Shown piece after piece: positions 7,483 through 15,425 of a DNA stretch of 64,000 bases; within the stretch, counting starts at the first letter, position 1; every line of letters starts with the position of its first letter. The stretch spans positions 19,804-83,803 of the forward strand of contig JAKEHO010000071.1 of assembly GCA_022614965.1 (NCBI GenBank), written 5' to 3'. Below the pieces are notes generated by a model. That model was not told the origin of the DNA and searched no databases. It was given only the letters and a program-made list of their open reading frames with translations. The DNA comes from Gammaproteobacteria bacterium (GTDB lineage Bacteria; Pseudomonadota; Gammaproteobacteria; JAKEHO01). A program made the position numbers and the translations under genes.

Positions 7483-8727
7483 CTAGTCGCTCGCAGGGGC
7501 ACTAAAACCGGGCGGATATTTCTGCCACGGGTAGCCTTCCCGCGCCAGTTGATAGGCGTAGTCAAACAACTTCCGCATATAGTCGGTATCAAAATCCATT
7601 TTATGTTCGGCATTGAAATTCGCGCCGATATACGCGAGGTTATAGTCAATTCCATCCCGTTGAGCAATCGTGTATATCTGATAAAGGTCGCCAACGCCCT
7701 GGGTTTGAATGAGTGACGATATAGTGCGACTCAGAATGTCCAAGGTGCGTCGGTCTACGGAGGCCCAATCCGGGTCAAGGCGGGCATTGCGGATAATGTA
7801 AAGTGTTCTGTCGCGTTCGAAATGGCGGACTTTGGATTCCTCGCCTATGTTCAGAGAGGGCGGATAGGTAAAGACCTGCGCCATCGCCCCGCCGTCGACA
7901 TGCATTTCGTGATAGGGCGTTCCATCGACCTCGACATCGATCATGGTGGGAGGAAACGCCCCTGGAATAGCGGCCGATGCCACCATGATGTTACGGAACA
8001 GATCCACCGCCTTGGGATCCTTACTCGCCGCGATCGCGCCCATGTTCCAGATGACTGGCCGGCGCGCGTCCAGGTCAGTTGTCGCAATCATGAGAAAGCG
8101 GCCCTTGTTATATTCGTTTGCTATCTCGACCAACATTGCTTCGTCGATATACTGCGAGACCAGCTGCCATAAAGGTCGATTGTCAGCCATCGCGTCATCG
8201 AATACTGCGGCGAAGATGGTTCTTTTCTCGAGAACATCGTCTTGGGAAATTGTCGTATAGAGTTTCTTCAACGTGTCGTCATAGGCAGGGCCGAGGAAGG
8301 CAAAGGGGGCAATCAAGGCGCCCGTGCTGATCCCGGTTACCAGCTTGAATTCCGGGCGATTCCCGGCGTCAGTCCATCCAACCAGCAGTCCGGCACCGAA
8401 AGCCCCATTGTCACCGCCGCCGGAAATTGCAAGAAAATTAACTGGCGGCAGGGGACCGCGGTGTCCGGATCGAGCCAGGAACTGCTTCTCTCGCTCCATA
8501 CCCGCTAAAGCGAACGGGAGTATCGATTCAACACCGGAATCAGCAAAGAAACGCGCGTCGGGAATGCCGGGGACGGTGGCTTGTGTGGTGAACTCTGCCG
8601 GCACTGCGTCCCGGCGAGTCGGAAGGGCGCAGCCTTGAAGCAGAAGCAAAAATACGGTTACTGACAAGAAGCAGTTCCGGGGCAAACTGCTAGGGGTAAA
8701 TGGTTGGTAAGTTTCTTGTTTTTTCAC
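7483..8727 (-). CDS. patatin-like phospholipase, lipoprotein
   Basis: 414 aa. Lipobox LLLQGC, oxyanion GGGDNGAFGAG, nucleophile GISTGA (GxSxG), and DGG. Confidence 0.9.
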   Translation of the reverse strand: MKKQETYQPFTPSSLPRNCFLSVTVFLLLLQGCALPTRRDAVPAEFTTQATVPGIPDARFFADSGVESILPFALAGMEREKQFLARSGHRGPLPPVNFLAISGGGDNGAFGAGLLVGWTDAGNRPEFKLVTGISTGALIAPFAFLGPAYDDTLKKLYTTISQDDVLEKRTIFAAVFDDAMADNRPLWQLVSQYIDEAMLVEIANEYNKGRFLMIATTDLDARRPVIWNMGAIAASKDPKAVDLFRNIMVASAAIPGAFPPTMIDVEVDGTPYHEMHVDGGAMAQVFTYPPSLNIGEESKVRHFERDRTLYIIRNARLDPDWASVDRRTLDILSRTISSLIQTQGVGDLYQIYTIAQRDGIDYNLAYIGANFNAEHKMDFDTDYMRKLFDYAYQLAREGYPWQKYPPGFSAPASD

Positions 8728-8877
8728 AGTCAGACCATACTCACTGTCGCCTGGCGGTTCTTCGCACTCGGTTTTTGTTGAGGAACAGCAGTACCCGGGT
8801 CGTCATTATGCCACCGTTTCCCGGGTGCGCGCCAGAGGCGCTGGGCAAGAAGTGGCCGTCGGTACTCAACAGGACTA

Positions 8878-8930
8878 GGGGACAGAATCATTTTTGGTTG
8901 CGGGCGGTGTCCGGCTTATTTCTAACTATG
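8878..8930 (+). repeat. repeat R9 (A + partial B)
   Basis: ggggacagaatcatttttggttgcgggcggtgtccggcttatttctaactatg. Confidence 0.85.
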
Positions 8931-9054
8931 CCTCTTTTTGCGACTTCCGTCACAGTTTCGCGAGCGGGATTGTGACTCATTTCACACTGCAGGTGACCAT
9001 CTATAACTAGCATTATGGGGTGCATCCATTTGTAGAGGGCGCGAGGGTTTAACA

Positions 9055-9456
9055 ATGAAAATGCTTAAGCTTGCTTTCTTTGTCACAGTTTTTGCCTTGA
9101 CCAGTATCACGGTAAGCTCCTGTGCGAGTGTCACAGCTCGGCCGAGCGCGAGCGGGAATCGTGGTCACGGCCCACCTCCACATGCGCCTGCCCATGGTTA
9201 TCGTTACAAACATCAGGATGGTGTGGAGCTTGTATTTGACTCAGGCCGCGGTGTATATGTCGCCGTCGGCATTCCCAATTGTTATTACTTTGATGGCCGC
9301 TATTACCGCGCGCGTGCCGATCAATGGGAAACGAGCGTAAAGATCGATGGTCCGTGGGAAGTGGTTGCCGAAGCGTCCCTTCCTGTAGGGCTTAAGACGA
9401 GCCCATCGGGTAAGGACAAAACAAAGAATCATCCTGGGCGTGGGCACGGCGCTTAA
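9055..9456 (+). CDS. putative lipoprotein, unknown function
   Basis: 133 aa. Signal peptide with SSC lipobox-like cysteine. His/Pro/Tyr-rich mature part. Confidence 0.6.
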   Translation: MKMLKLAFFVTVFALTSITVSSCASVTARPSASGNRGHGPPPHAPAHGYRYKHQDGVELVFDSGRGVYVAVGIPNCYYFDGRYYRARADQWETSVKIDGPWEVVAEASLPVGLKTSPSGKDKTKNHPGRGHGA

Positions 9457-9478
9457 GAGACATAAAAACTAAATAAAA

Positions 9479-9598
9479 CGTACCGATTTATTTGCGTTTT
9501 CGGGCGCGACCCACGCCCCAACTCTAACTATCCCGCATGATGTGATGGGTTGAAGCGATTGGAGGGCCCTGTCTTCACCAGGCAAGGGCTCCAATCGC
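9479..9598 (+). repeat. repeat R10 (diverged A + B + C)
   Basis: cgtaccgatttatttgcgttttcGGGCGcgacccaCGCCCcaactctaactatcccgcatgatgtgatgggttgaagcgattggagggcc...gggctccaatcgc. Confidence 0.85.
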
Positions 9599-9621
9599 TT
9601 CCATTTGGTGCGCGGTCGTCT

Positions 9622-10113
9622 CTAATCAAGATAGATGCCGCTACCCACGATAAGTGTTTTGCCACCTGATTCGACTTTTTTGACATAGGTCAGCTTTTTC
9701 GCATCCTTACCTTCGCTTGGCTTTGGCCATGTGTATTCAACCCATCCTGATGGATTTGTCTGTACGGCCGCGACAATCTCTTGAAACACGAATGTGCCCT
9801 TGGGATCCTGAAGGTTTGTTAAATTTTGCCCTTGCAAATTGGGATCGGCCGGGTGACAGATAACTGTGCCACTCATATCATCGATAAAAATATAGGTATC
9901 GTCATGAAACCATTGACTGTCCGGCTGCTTGAACGCTTCACAAGCACGTTCCGCTCCTTCGCTCGAAACCAGTGCCGCCGCACTATCAACCAGCGATACG
10001 AGTTGCTGTTTGCTCTCGTCGCTGGCCCTTTGACACGCATACAGGGCTCCTGTTAATAGAAGGACAGCCCAAATAAGAAATAAAGGACGGGCATTTAAAG
10101 CGGCTGTTTTCAT
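9622..10113 (-). CDS. periplasmic Cache-like (sCache_2-type) domain protein
   Basis: Start moved to ATG 10113, because the RBS aaggaggg sits inside the longer ORF. Signal peptide present. WFHDDTYIFIDDMSGTVICHP...GWVEYTWPKP...GSGIYLD. Paralog of 37021..37512. Confidence 0.75.
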   Translation of the reverse strand: MKTAALNARPLFLIWAVLLLTGALYACQRASDESKQQLVSLVDSAAALVSSEGAERACEAFKQPDSQWFHDDTYIFIDDMSGTVICHPADPNLQGQNLTNLQDPKGTFVFQEIVAAVQTNPSGWVEYTWPKPSEGKDAKKLTYVKKVESGGKTLIVGSGIYLD

Positions 10114-10634
10114 AATCTGACCCTCCTTCATAGGGTTTAGGCAATGATTTGGGATAGGAGTTCTCCACGTCCCTCCCTGTTACTGTCAACGCGATCGCGC
10201 CGCGCTCGCAGCAAATGATAATTGTCAAAGCTTGACCCCTTGCAGACCCCAAAGAGGTGGCCGACCGGTTGCGTCGCGACCCGTCAGCTGTGAGCCATGC
10301 ACTGCGGCACGTCTCCGCGAAGGCCAGGCAATCCGGGCCTTGCAGGCAAGATGGAGACAATCGGTATTGGAATATTTCAGTTATTCAGGCCTGAATCCAC
10401 TGCCACATAGGCCCGTTTAACCCTGATCCCAATGTCTACATACGTAAAATTTTGACATAATTGCAGGCTAGTGGCTAGGGTCGACCGACGCTCACTGTAG
10501 CCCCGCGCCGGAGCTTGACTTGCTTACGGGTTTTCGACACTCTGCCTTCGAGTCTCTCAGCTGGTGCGAGGCGGGAATGGGGCCGCATGCGAGCGTCTAG
10601 GCCACGCATAAGGACCGCTCGCAAAGGACGGGAC

Positions 10635-11027
10635 CTAGTTGCTGAGCGCCTGCAAGAGGTCGATCAGGAACGAGGCCAGGATCACGACTGGAACGATCAG
10701 GGGGATCTGAATCGCTTGGATCAGGACGCCGTTGCCGACCCCGAGGGGGGTGCCATTGCTCGAGGAGATCCATCTCCCTATGCAGGTGGCCCCCACCAAC
10801 ACGTAAGTGAAGCTGCACAAGGCGATCGCAACGGCCTGGCCTCCGAGCTTCGCGAATCCCAAGATCGCGGCGACAGCCGCGATGGCCAGATACTCGAGGG
10901 ACACGATCTTGTACGCCTGGCCGTACTTGACCGGCACCTCGAGCATGAGCTTTGTCGCGATCTTCAGCGCCAACGCATGAAACAGGGATGCGATCAGGAT
11001 GGCTGGAACTATCTGGACAAGGGTCAT
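10635..11027 (-). CDS. hypothetical integral membrane protein
   Basis: 130 aa with about 4 hydrophobic helices, in a GC-rich block. No family recognised. Confidence 0.55.
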   Translation of the reverse strand: MTLVQIVPAILIASLFHALALKIATKLMLEVPVKYGQAYKIVSLEYLAIAAVAAILGFAKLGGQAVAIALCSFTYVLVGATCIGRWISSSNGTPLGVGNGVLIQAIQIPLIVPVVILASFLIDLLQALSN

Positions 11028-11248
11028 CGTGTTATCGCCGCAGTTGCTCTGTCGGTCAGGGTGGGCTCGAACGGCGAGCGGAACACTAGCATGAAGCGGG
11101 GCAGCTGTAAAAGCGGCTCGCGCCCTGATCCGAGGTGGCGGTAGGCCGACCTTGGACCACGAGACGCTCTGGTTGTCGAACGGGGTGAGTGCGGCACAAG
11201 CCGCTCCGCATTGTGTCTGCTCGTGTGCCCGCAGCGCGGGGGGATGGC

Positions 11249-12742
11249 ATGGTTGACCTGCTGGCCAAAGAACGAACGATCGCGAAGCCGAGCTACAATC
11301 GTTGGCTCGTGCCGCCAGCGGCCCTCGCCATCCACCTCTCTATCGGCATGGCCTATGGCTTCAGCGTGTTCTGGCTTCCCCTGAGTAAGGCGATAGGCAT
11401 CACCGAGGTTGTCCCCTGTCCCGAAGATCTGAACTGGTTCGCGAAGATCATTGCCGACGAATGCGACTGGAAGATCAGCACGCTCGGCTGGATGTATACC
11501 CTGTTCTTTGTGTACCTCGGCTCCTCGGCGGCGGTGTTTGGTCACTGGTTGGAGCGCGTCGGCCCGCGCAGGGCGGGGGTAGTGGCGGCCTGCTGCTGGG
11601 GTGGGGGGCTGCTCATCTCGGCGCTCGGGGTCTACATCCACGAGATCCGGCTGCTTTGGCTGGGCTCCGGGATCATCGGCGGCTGCGGGCTGGGGCTGGG
11701 CTATATCTCACCGGTCTCCACCCTGATCAAATGGTTCCCCGACAAGCGTGGCATGGCCACCGGCATGGCGATCGCGGGATTCGGTGGCGGAGCCATGATC
11801 GGGGCGCCGCTCGCCGAGCTGCTGATGCAGCACTACGCTAGCCCGACCTCGGTGGGGGTGTGGGAGACCTTCGTCACGCTTGGGCTGATCTACTTCATTG
11901 CCATGCTGTGCGGGGCCTTCGGCTACCGGCTACCGCCCCTGGGCTGGAAGCCGGCGGGCTGGGAGCCGCCGCCGCAGCGGAAGACAATGATCACCGCCCA
12001 CCACGTGCACCTCTACCGGGCGCCGAGCACCGTGCAGTTCTGGTTGCTGTGGGGAGTCCTGTGCATGAACGTGAGCGCCGGGATCGGGGTGATCGGGATG
12101 GCCTCCCCGATGTTGCAAGAGGTCTTTGGGGGCAAGCTCATCGAGGTGGACCTCTCACTCGCCCAGTTGTCGGGCCAGCAGATCAAAGACGTTGCGCTCA
12201 TCGCGGCGGCTTTTACCGGATTGCTCAGCCTGTTCAATATCCTGGGCCGGATCTTCTGGTCCTCGCTATCGGACTACATTGGGCGCAAGATCACCTACTT
12301 CATCTTCTTTACTCTCGGGATGCTGCTCTATGCCTCGGCGCCAGAAGCGGGCCAACTGGGCTTCGTGGCACTCTTCGTCGCGCTCTTCTGCTTCATTCTG
12401 ACCATGTACGGGGGCGGGTTTGCGACCATCCCGGCTTACCTGGCCGACATGTTTGGTACCCAGTTCGTGGGTGCAATTCACGGCCGCTTGCTCACCGCAT
12501 GGTCCACCGCGGGTGTCCTCGGGCCAGTCTTGGTCAACTACATCCGCGAATTCCAGATCGAGCGCGGCTTGCCTAATCAGGATGCCTACAACGTTACGAT
12601 GTACGTGTTGGCTTCGCTGCTGCTGCTCGGCTTCACTTGCAACCTGCTTATGCGGCCGGTGGCGCAGAGGTACTACATGACTGAGGCGGAGCTGGAGTCC
12701 GAGCGCCGACTCGCACACGAGGCGGTCGCGGGGAAGAGTTAA
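11249..12742 (+). CDS. MFS transporter, oxalate/formate antiporter (OFA)-like
   Basis: Trimmed to the in-frame ATG 11249 (MVDLLAKERT..). 12-TM pattern. NRWLVPPAALAIHLSIGMAYGFSVF is an OFA-type N-terminus. Confidence 0.85.
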   Translation: MVDLLAKERTIAKPSYNRWLVPPAALAIHLSIGMAYGFSVFWLPLSKAIGITEVVPCPEDLNWFAKIIADECDWKISTLGWMYTLFFVYLGSSAAVFGHWLERVGPRRAGVVAACCWGGGLLISALGVYIHEIRLLWLGSGIIGGCGLGLGYISPVSTLIKWFPDKRGMATGMAIAGFGGGAMIGAPLAELLMQHYASPTSVGVWETFVTLGLIYFIAMLCGAFGYRLPPLGWKPAGWEPPPQRKTMITAHHVHLYRAPSTVQFWLLWGVLCMNVSAGIGVIGMASPMLQEVFGGKLIEVDLSLAQLSGQQIKDVALIAAAFTGLLSLFNILGRIFWSSLSDYIGRKITYFIFFTLGMLLYASAPEAGQLGFVALFVALFCFILTMYGGGFATIPAYLADMFGTQFVGAIHGRLLTAWSTAGVLGPVLVNYIREFQIERGLPNQDAYNVTMYVLASLLLLGFTCNLLMRPVAQRYYMTEAELESERRLAHEAVAGKS

Positions 12743-12745
12743 CGA

Positions 12746-12901
12746 ATGAGGAACCGAAAGATACCACCGCGCGCCGAGCAGGAGCAGCACCCGAGCCACG
12801 CAAGCTGGTTTCTGGTTGCGATCGCCTGGATGTTGGTCGGGATACCCCTGGGGTGGGGCATCTACATCACCCTGCTGAAGTCGCTCGTCCTGTTCCGGTG
12901 A
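12746..12901 (+). CDS. small membrane protein (51 aa), possible MFS small subunit
   Basis: Not in the track (under 60 aa). ATG lies 4 nt after the MFS stop. MRNRKIPPRAEQEQHPSHASWFLVAIAWMLVGIPLGWGIYITLLKSLVLFR has a single TM helix. Confidence 0.5.
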   Translation: MRNRKIPPRAEQEQHPSHASWFLVAIAWMLVGIPLGWGIYITLLKSLVLFR

Positions 12902-13044
12902 GCGGGAACGTGGCTATCAGTCCTTGTAAGACTGCTTAAGCAACGGGACGGGGAGCGGGAAGGTGGTCAGGCCTGAATAATCGAATTGTCCTCATTGGCG
13001 GTTTTAGTTGCTTGATGGCGCGTAAGTCGAAGATCGAATAAAAA

Positions 13045-13163
13045 AAGACAGAGTTATTGTCGATAATGTGCGGTTCCTGCCGCACCTCTAATGTCCCGCG
13101 TGATGTGATCGGTGAAGCGATTGATAGCGTCTTGCCTTACCGGACAAGGACTTCAATCGCGGC
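13045..13163 (+). repeat. repeat R11 (A+B+C, covarying stems)
   Basis: aagacagagttattgtcgataatGTGCGGttcctgCCGCACctctaatgtcccgcgtgatgtgatcggtgaagcgattgatagcg...ggacttcaatcgcggc. Confidence 0.9.
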
Positions 13164-13237
13164 CTTTAAAGATGTATGCGGGAGTAATGGAGACGAGACG
13201 AGGCGGTTTGTTGCGTGCCCAATATCCCGATCCTCCT

Positions 13238-13474
13238 TTACGCCTTCTGTTCGAGGATATAGCTCAATACCATAAGGGTAACTGGCCAGAGACCTACAAA
13301 GAGACCCCAGCGTTCTCCATGAGCCTCCATTAGGGCCGTTCTCAAGGCAGGATCGGCAACATCGTTCATGACTTGCCTTCCAATTTCGATTTCTGGCCCG
13401 ATGTACCACATCAACCACGAAAGCGGGATGCAAAGAATTCCAAGCCAGAAAATTATTTGAGCTGCTGTTTTCAT
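13238..13474 (-). CDS. small membrane protein
   Basis: 78 aa with two hydrophobic helices. A strong RBS gggaggag lies upstream. Confidence 0.6.
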   Translation of the reverse strand: MKTAAQIIFWLGILCIPLSWLMWYIGPEIEIGRQVMNDVADPALRTALMEAHGERWGLFVGLWPVTLMVLSYILEQKA

Positions 13475-13853
13475 CTTCTCCTCCCATCTTTTGTTTCTGA
13501 TCGCTCCGATGAGACAAAGCAGTGATTCACGTAATTCTCACCTGCGTCGTAGGCTAACAATTCTCCACTTGTTGAAACAACGTTCAGTATCTGCCTGTCT
13601 AGAAGGGCTGTCAAAGGCATGCGATGGTACGAGGTTATCTTTGACTATCCCCATGAAGTAATCGGTGAAACGCCTCGAGGTTGGAGTCTACGGTGCGCTC
13701 GCGTGGTCGTTCGAGATAGTGGGCGCCATAATATGGTTCGTGAGACCTTACTGCTCCAGCAACGTTGAGATGCATTCGGAGGCAAACATGAAAAGGAATG
13801 CAACGGTCAAGTGTAACGGCGGAGGCTACATCGCAATGTAGGTCCCGCCTCAT

Positions 13854-14078
13854 TTGTGGGAGGAAACGGTCCGGTTCTACTGGCGCGTCAATGGCCTTAG
13901 CTATGGCGAAGTGTGGCTCAAGCTAACCGCAAATGACATTGAGGCAGCCGCAAACCACCTCAGGTCGGCTGGGGTCGTGCGCCGTGATGAGATTGAACCT
14001 CTGCCAGAAAGTTTCCAGGGCTTTTGGATAGCGAGTCCTGCATCCATCATTCGTTTGATTTCAAAACCGGGCGAGTAA
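13854..14078 (+). CDS. possible VOC/glyoxalase-like fragment
   Basis: 74 aa with a TTG start. ETVRFY...HLRSAGV...FWIASPASIIRLI loosely resembles a VOC fold. Weak call. Confidence 0.3.
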   Translation: MWEETVRFYWRVNGLSYGEVWLKLTANDIEAAANHLRSAGVVRRDEIEPLPESFQGFWIASPASIIRLISKPGE

Positions 14079-14532
14079 AAGCCCATGTATGAGCATTTAG
14101 CACCTGTTAATCGGGGGTTTGAGGGGGGCGAATAGGTAAAGGTTAGTCTTGTGAAGTGAGCGTTGCGGAGGATTAGGCTTAGGGCTTGAGTGGCGAATTT
14201 CACCACGACGATATGCCGCTGTGAAGTTATTGCTATTTTGTCTAATAATTCTGCCTCTTAGTACCAAACTATCTTTATATATTTGATTAACTATATCCTA
14301 TAATACATTGTATAAACTATAATTATATTATGAAATATCATTACGCTTGTGGGGGTTCGCGGCCTGTCCCCGCCTTAGTCGCGCATCTCGCGGGGACCGC
14401 GCCATAGATGTTCTTATCTCCGCTGCCGACGGTGCGCTGTCGCTTAGCGAATGTAATGACGGCGTGCTTTCGCAGTGTGCGGGTGCTTAGCGTTAGCGAG
14501 TCATCATTTGGGCTAACCGGGGGAGATTGATC

Positions 14533-15156
14533 ATGCTTAGCAACTTTTCGCGCATTCTCGGGGCTGGTGTGCTGTTATTCCTCACGCAGGGTGTAGGGGC
14601 TGAGCATAAGCTCTGGTATGCGGCCGTTGGCGGTGGAGTGGCATTTGCTAATGATGTCGATGTCCCATCGCTCCCTACAACCGCTACGATGGACCTTGAC
14701 ACCGGTTTCCTGGTGACCGGTGCCGTTGGGCGGGCTTTCGGCAACTTTCGAGCCGAAGGAGAGGTTTTCTACATCCAGAATGATATCTCTTCTCTATCGG
14801 CACCAGGTGTCTTCGTCGCCCCAAGCGGGGACGTCTCCAATCTGGCGTTCATGGTGAACGGCTACATCGACGTCAATACAAATTCGAAGTGGTTGCCATT
14901 CATTGGGGGTGGAATTGGAGGGGCTAACGTCTCTATCAACGACTCGGCTGCTGTTCAGGCTCTTCAGCCCCTAGGGGTTGACGACAGTGACACGGTCTTC
15001 GCTTACCAGTTTAAGGCTGGAGTGGCCTACCAATTCACTGAGACGGTAGTGGGAACTGTCGGCTACCGATTTTTCGGTACTGCAGACGTGGATATATTCG
15101 GCACGACCAATGTTCAGATTAACAATCTGGAGGCTGGCCTGCGCTTCCGTTTCTAA
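14533..15156 (+). CDS. outer-membrane beta-barrel protein (OmpA-like N-terminal/OmpW-type small barrel)
   Basis: ATG 14533 follows the RBS gggggag. Signal peptide ..GVGAEH. Alternating beta pattern. C-terminal GLRFRF. Confidence 0.8.
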   Translation: MLSNFSRILGAGVLLFLTQGVGAEHKLWYAAVGGGVAFANDVDVPSLPTTATMDLDTGFLVTGAVGRAFGNFRAEGEVFYIQNDISSLSAPGVFVAPSGDVSNLAFMVNGYIDVNTNSKWLPFIGGGIGGANVSINDSAAVQALQPLGVDDSDTVFAYQFKAGVAYQFTETVVGTVGYRFFGTADVDIFGTTNVQINNLEAGLRFRF

Positions 15157-15231
15157 GCATTGATACGCTCGCACGGATGGGCGTACCAGTCGAAGTTTAA
15201 CGCTAGGGTTTATCTTGGTGCGCTGGAAGTA

Positions 15232-15383
15232 GGGGACAGCCTAATCTTTTGACAGCTTTAATCCGTCGCTGCGTTTTTATAAATGGAAAATCCAGCAAAC
15301 GGACGGTGCCTGTCTCATCTCTAACTATCCCGCTTAACGTGATTGCTTGAAGTGATCTCAGCGGCTAGCTGAGTTCAACCATC
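15232..15383 (+). repeat. repeat R12 (A interrupted by a ~45-bp insertion + B + C)
   Basis: ggggacagcctaatcttttgacag[..insert..]ggacggtgcctgtctcatctctaactatcccgcttaacgtgattgcttgaagtgatctcagcggctagctgagttcaaccatc. Confidence 0.8.
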
Positions 15384-15425
15384 AGAACCTTAAACTAGGT
15401 CCTAAGGCTTTTGTACTCTTGCCGC

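Noticed and set aside
11024-12799. Long ORFs overlapping or antisense to the MFS transporter (11024..11641, 11461..11841, 11860..12576, 12266..12799 and others). Similar ORFs lie inside the DUF255 gene (15466..17173) and the Sel1 gene (37676..38338, 37821..38324).
   Set aside because: These are typical shadow ORFs of GC-rich or repetitive coding sequence. Their products are Arg/Pro/Gly-rich low-complexity strings with no motifs, while the chosen frames have clear family signatures.
10381-12982. The palindromic 12-mer TCAGGCCTGAAT occurs at about 10383 and about 12970, on either side of the GC-rich MFS block. These could be terminal repeats of an inserted island.
   Set aside because: A single shared 12-mer is expected by chance many times among all position pairs in 64 kb. 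There is no extended similarity beyond the 12 nt and no target-site duplication.
13668-14078. A longer VOC/glyoxalase gene starting at GTG 13668 and interrupted by an in-frame TAG at 13839-13841.
   Set aside because: The upstream part (VKRLEVGVYGALAWSFEIVGAIIWFVRPYCSS...) has no VOC-like pattern and looks non-coding. Only the downstream 74 codons are weakly VOC-like, so I do not claim a third amber-interrupted gene.
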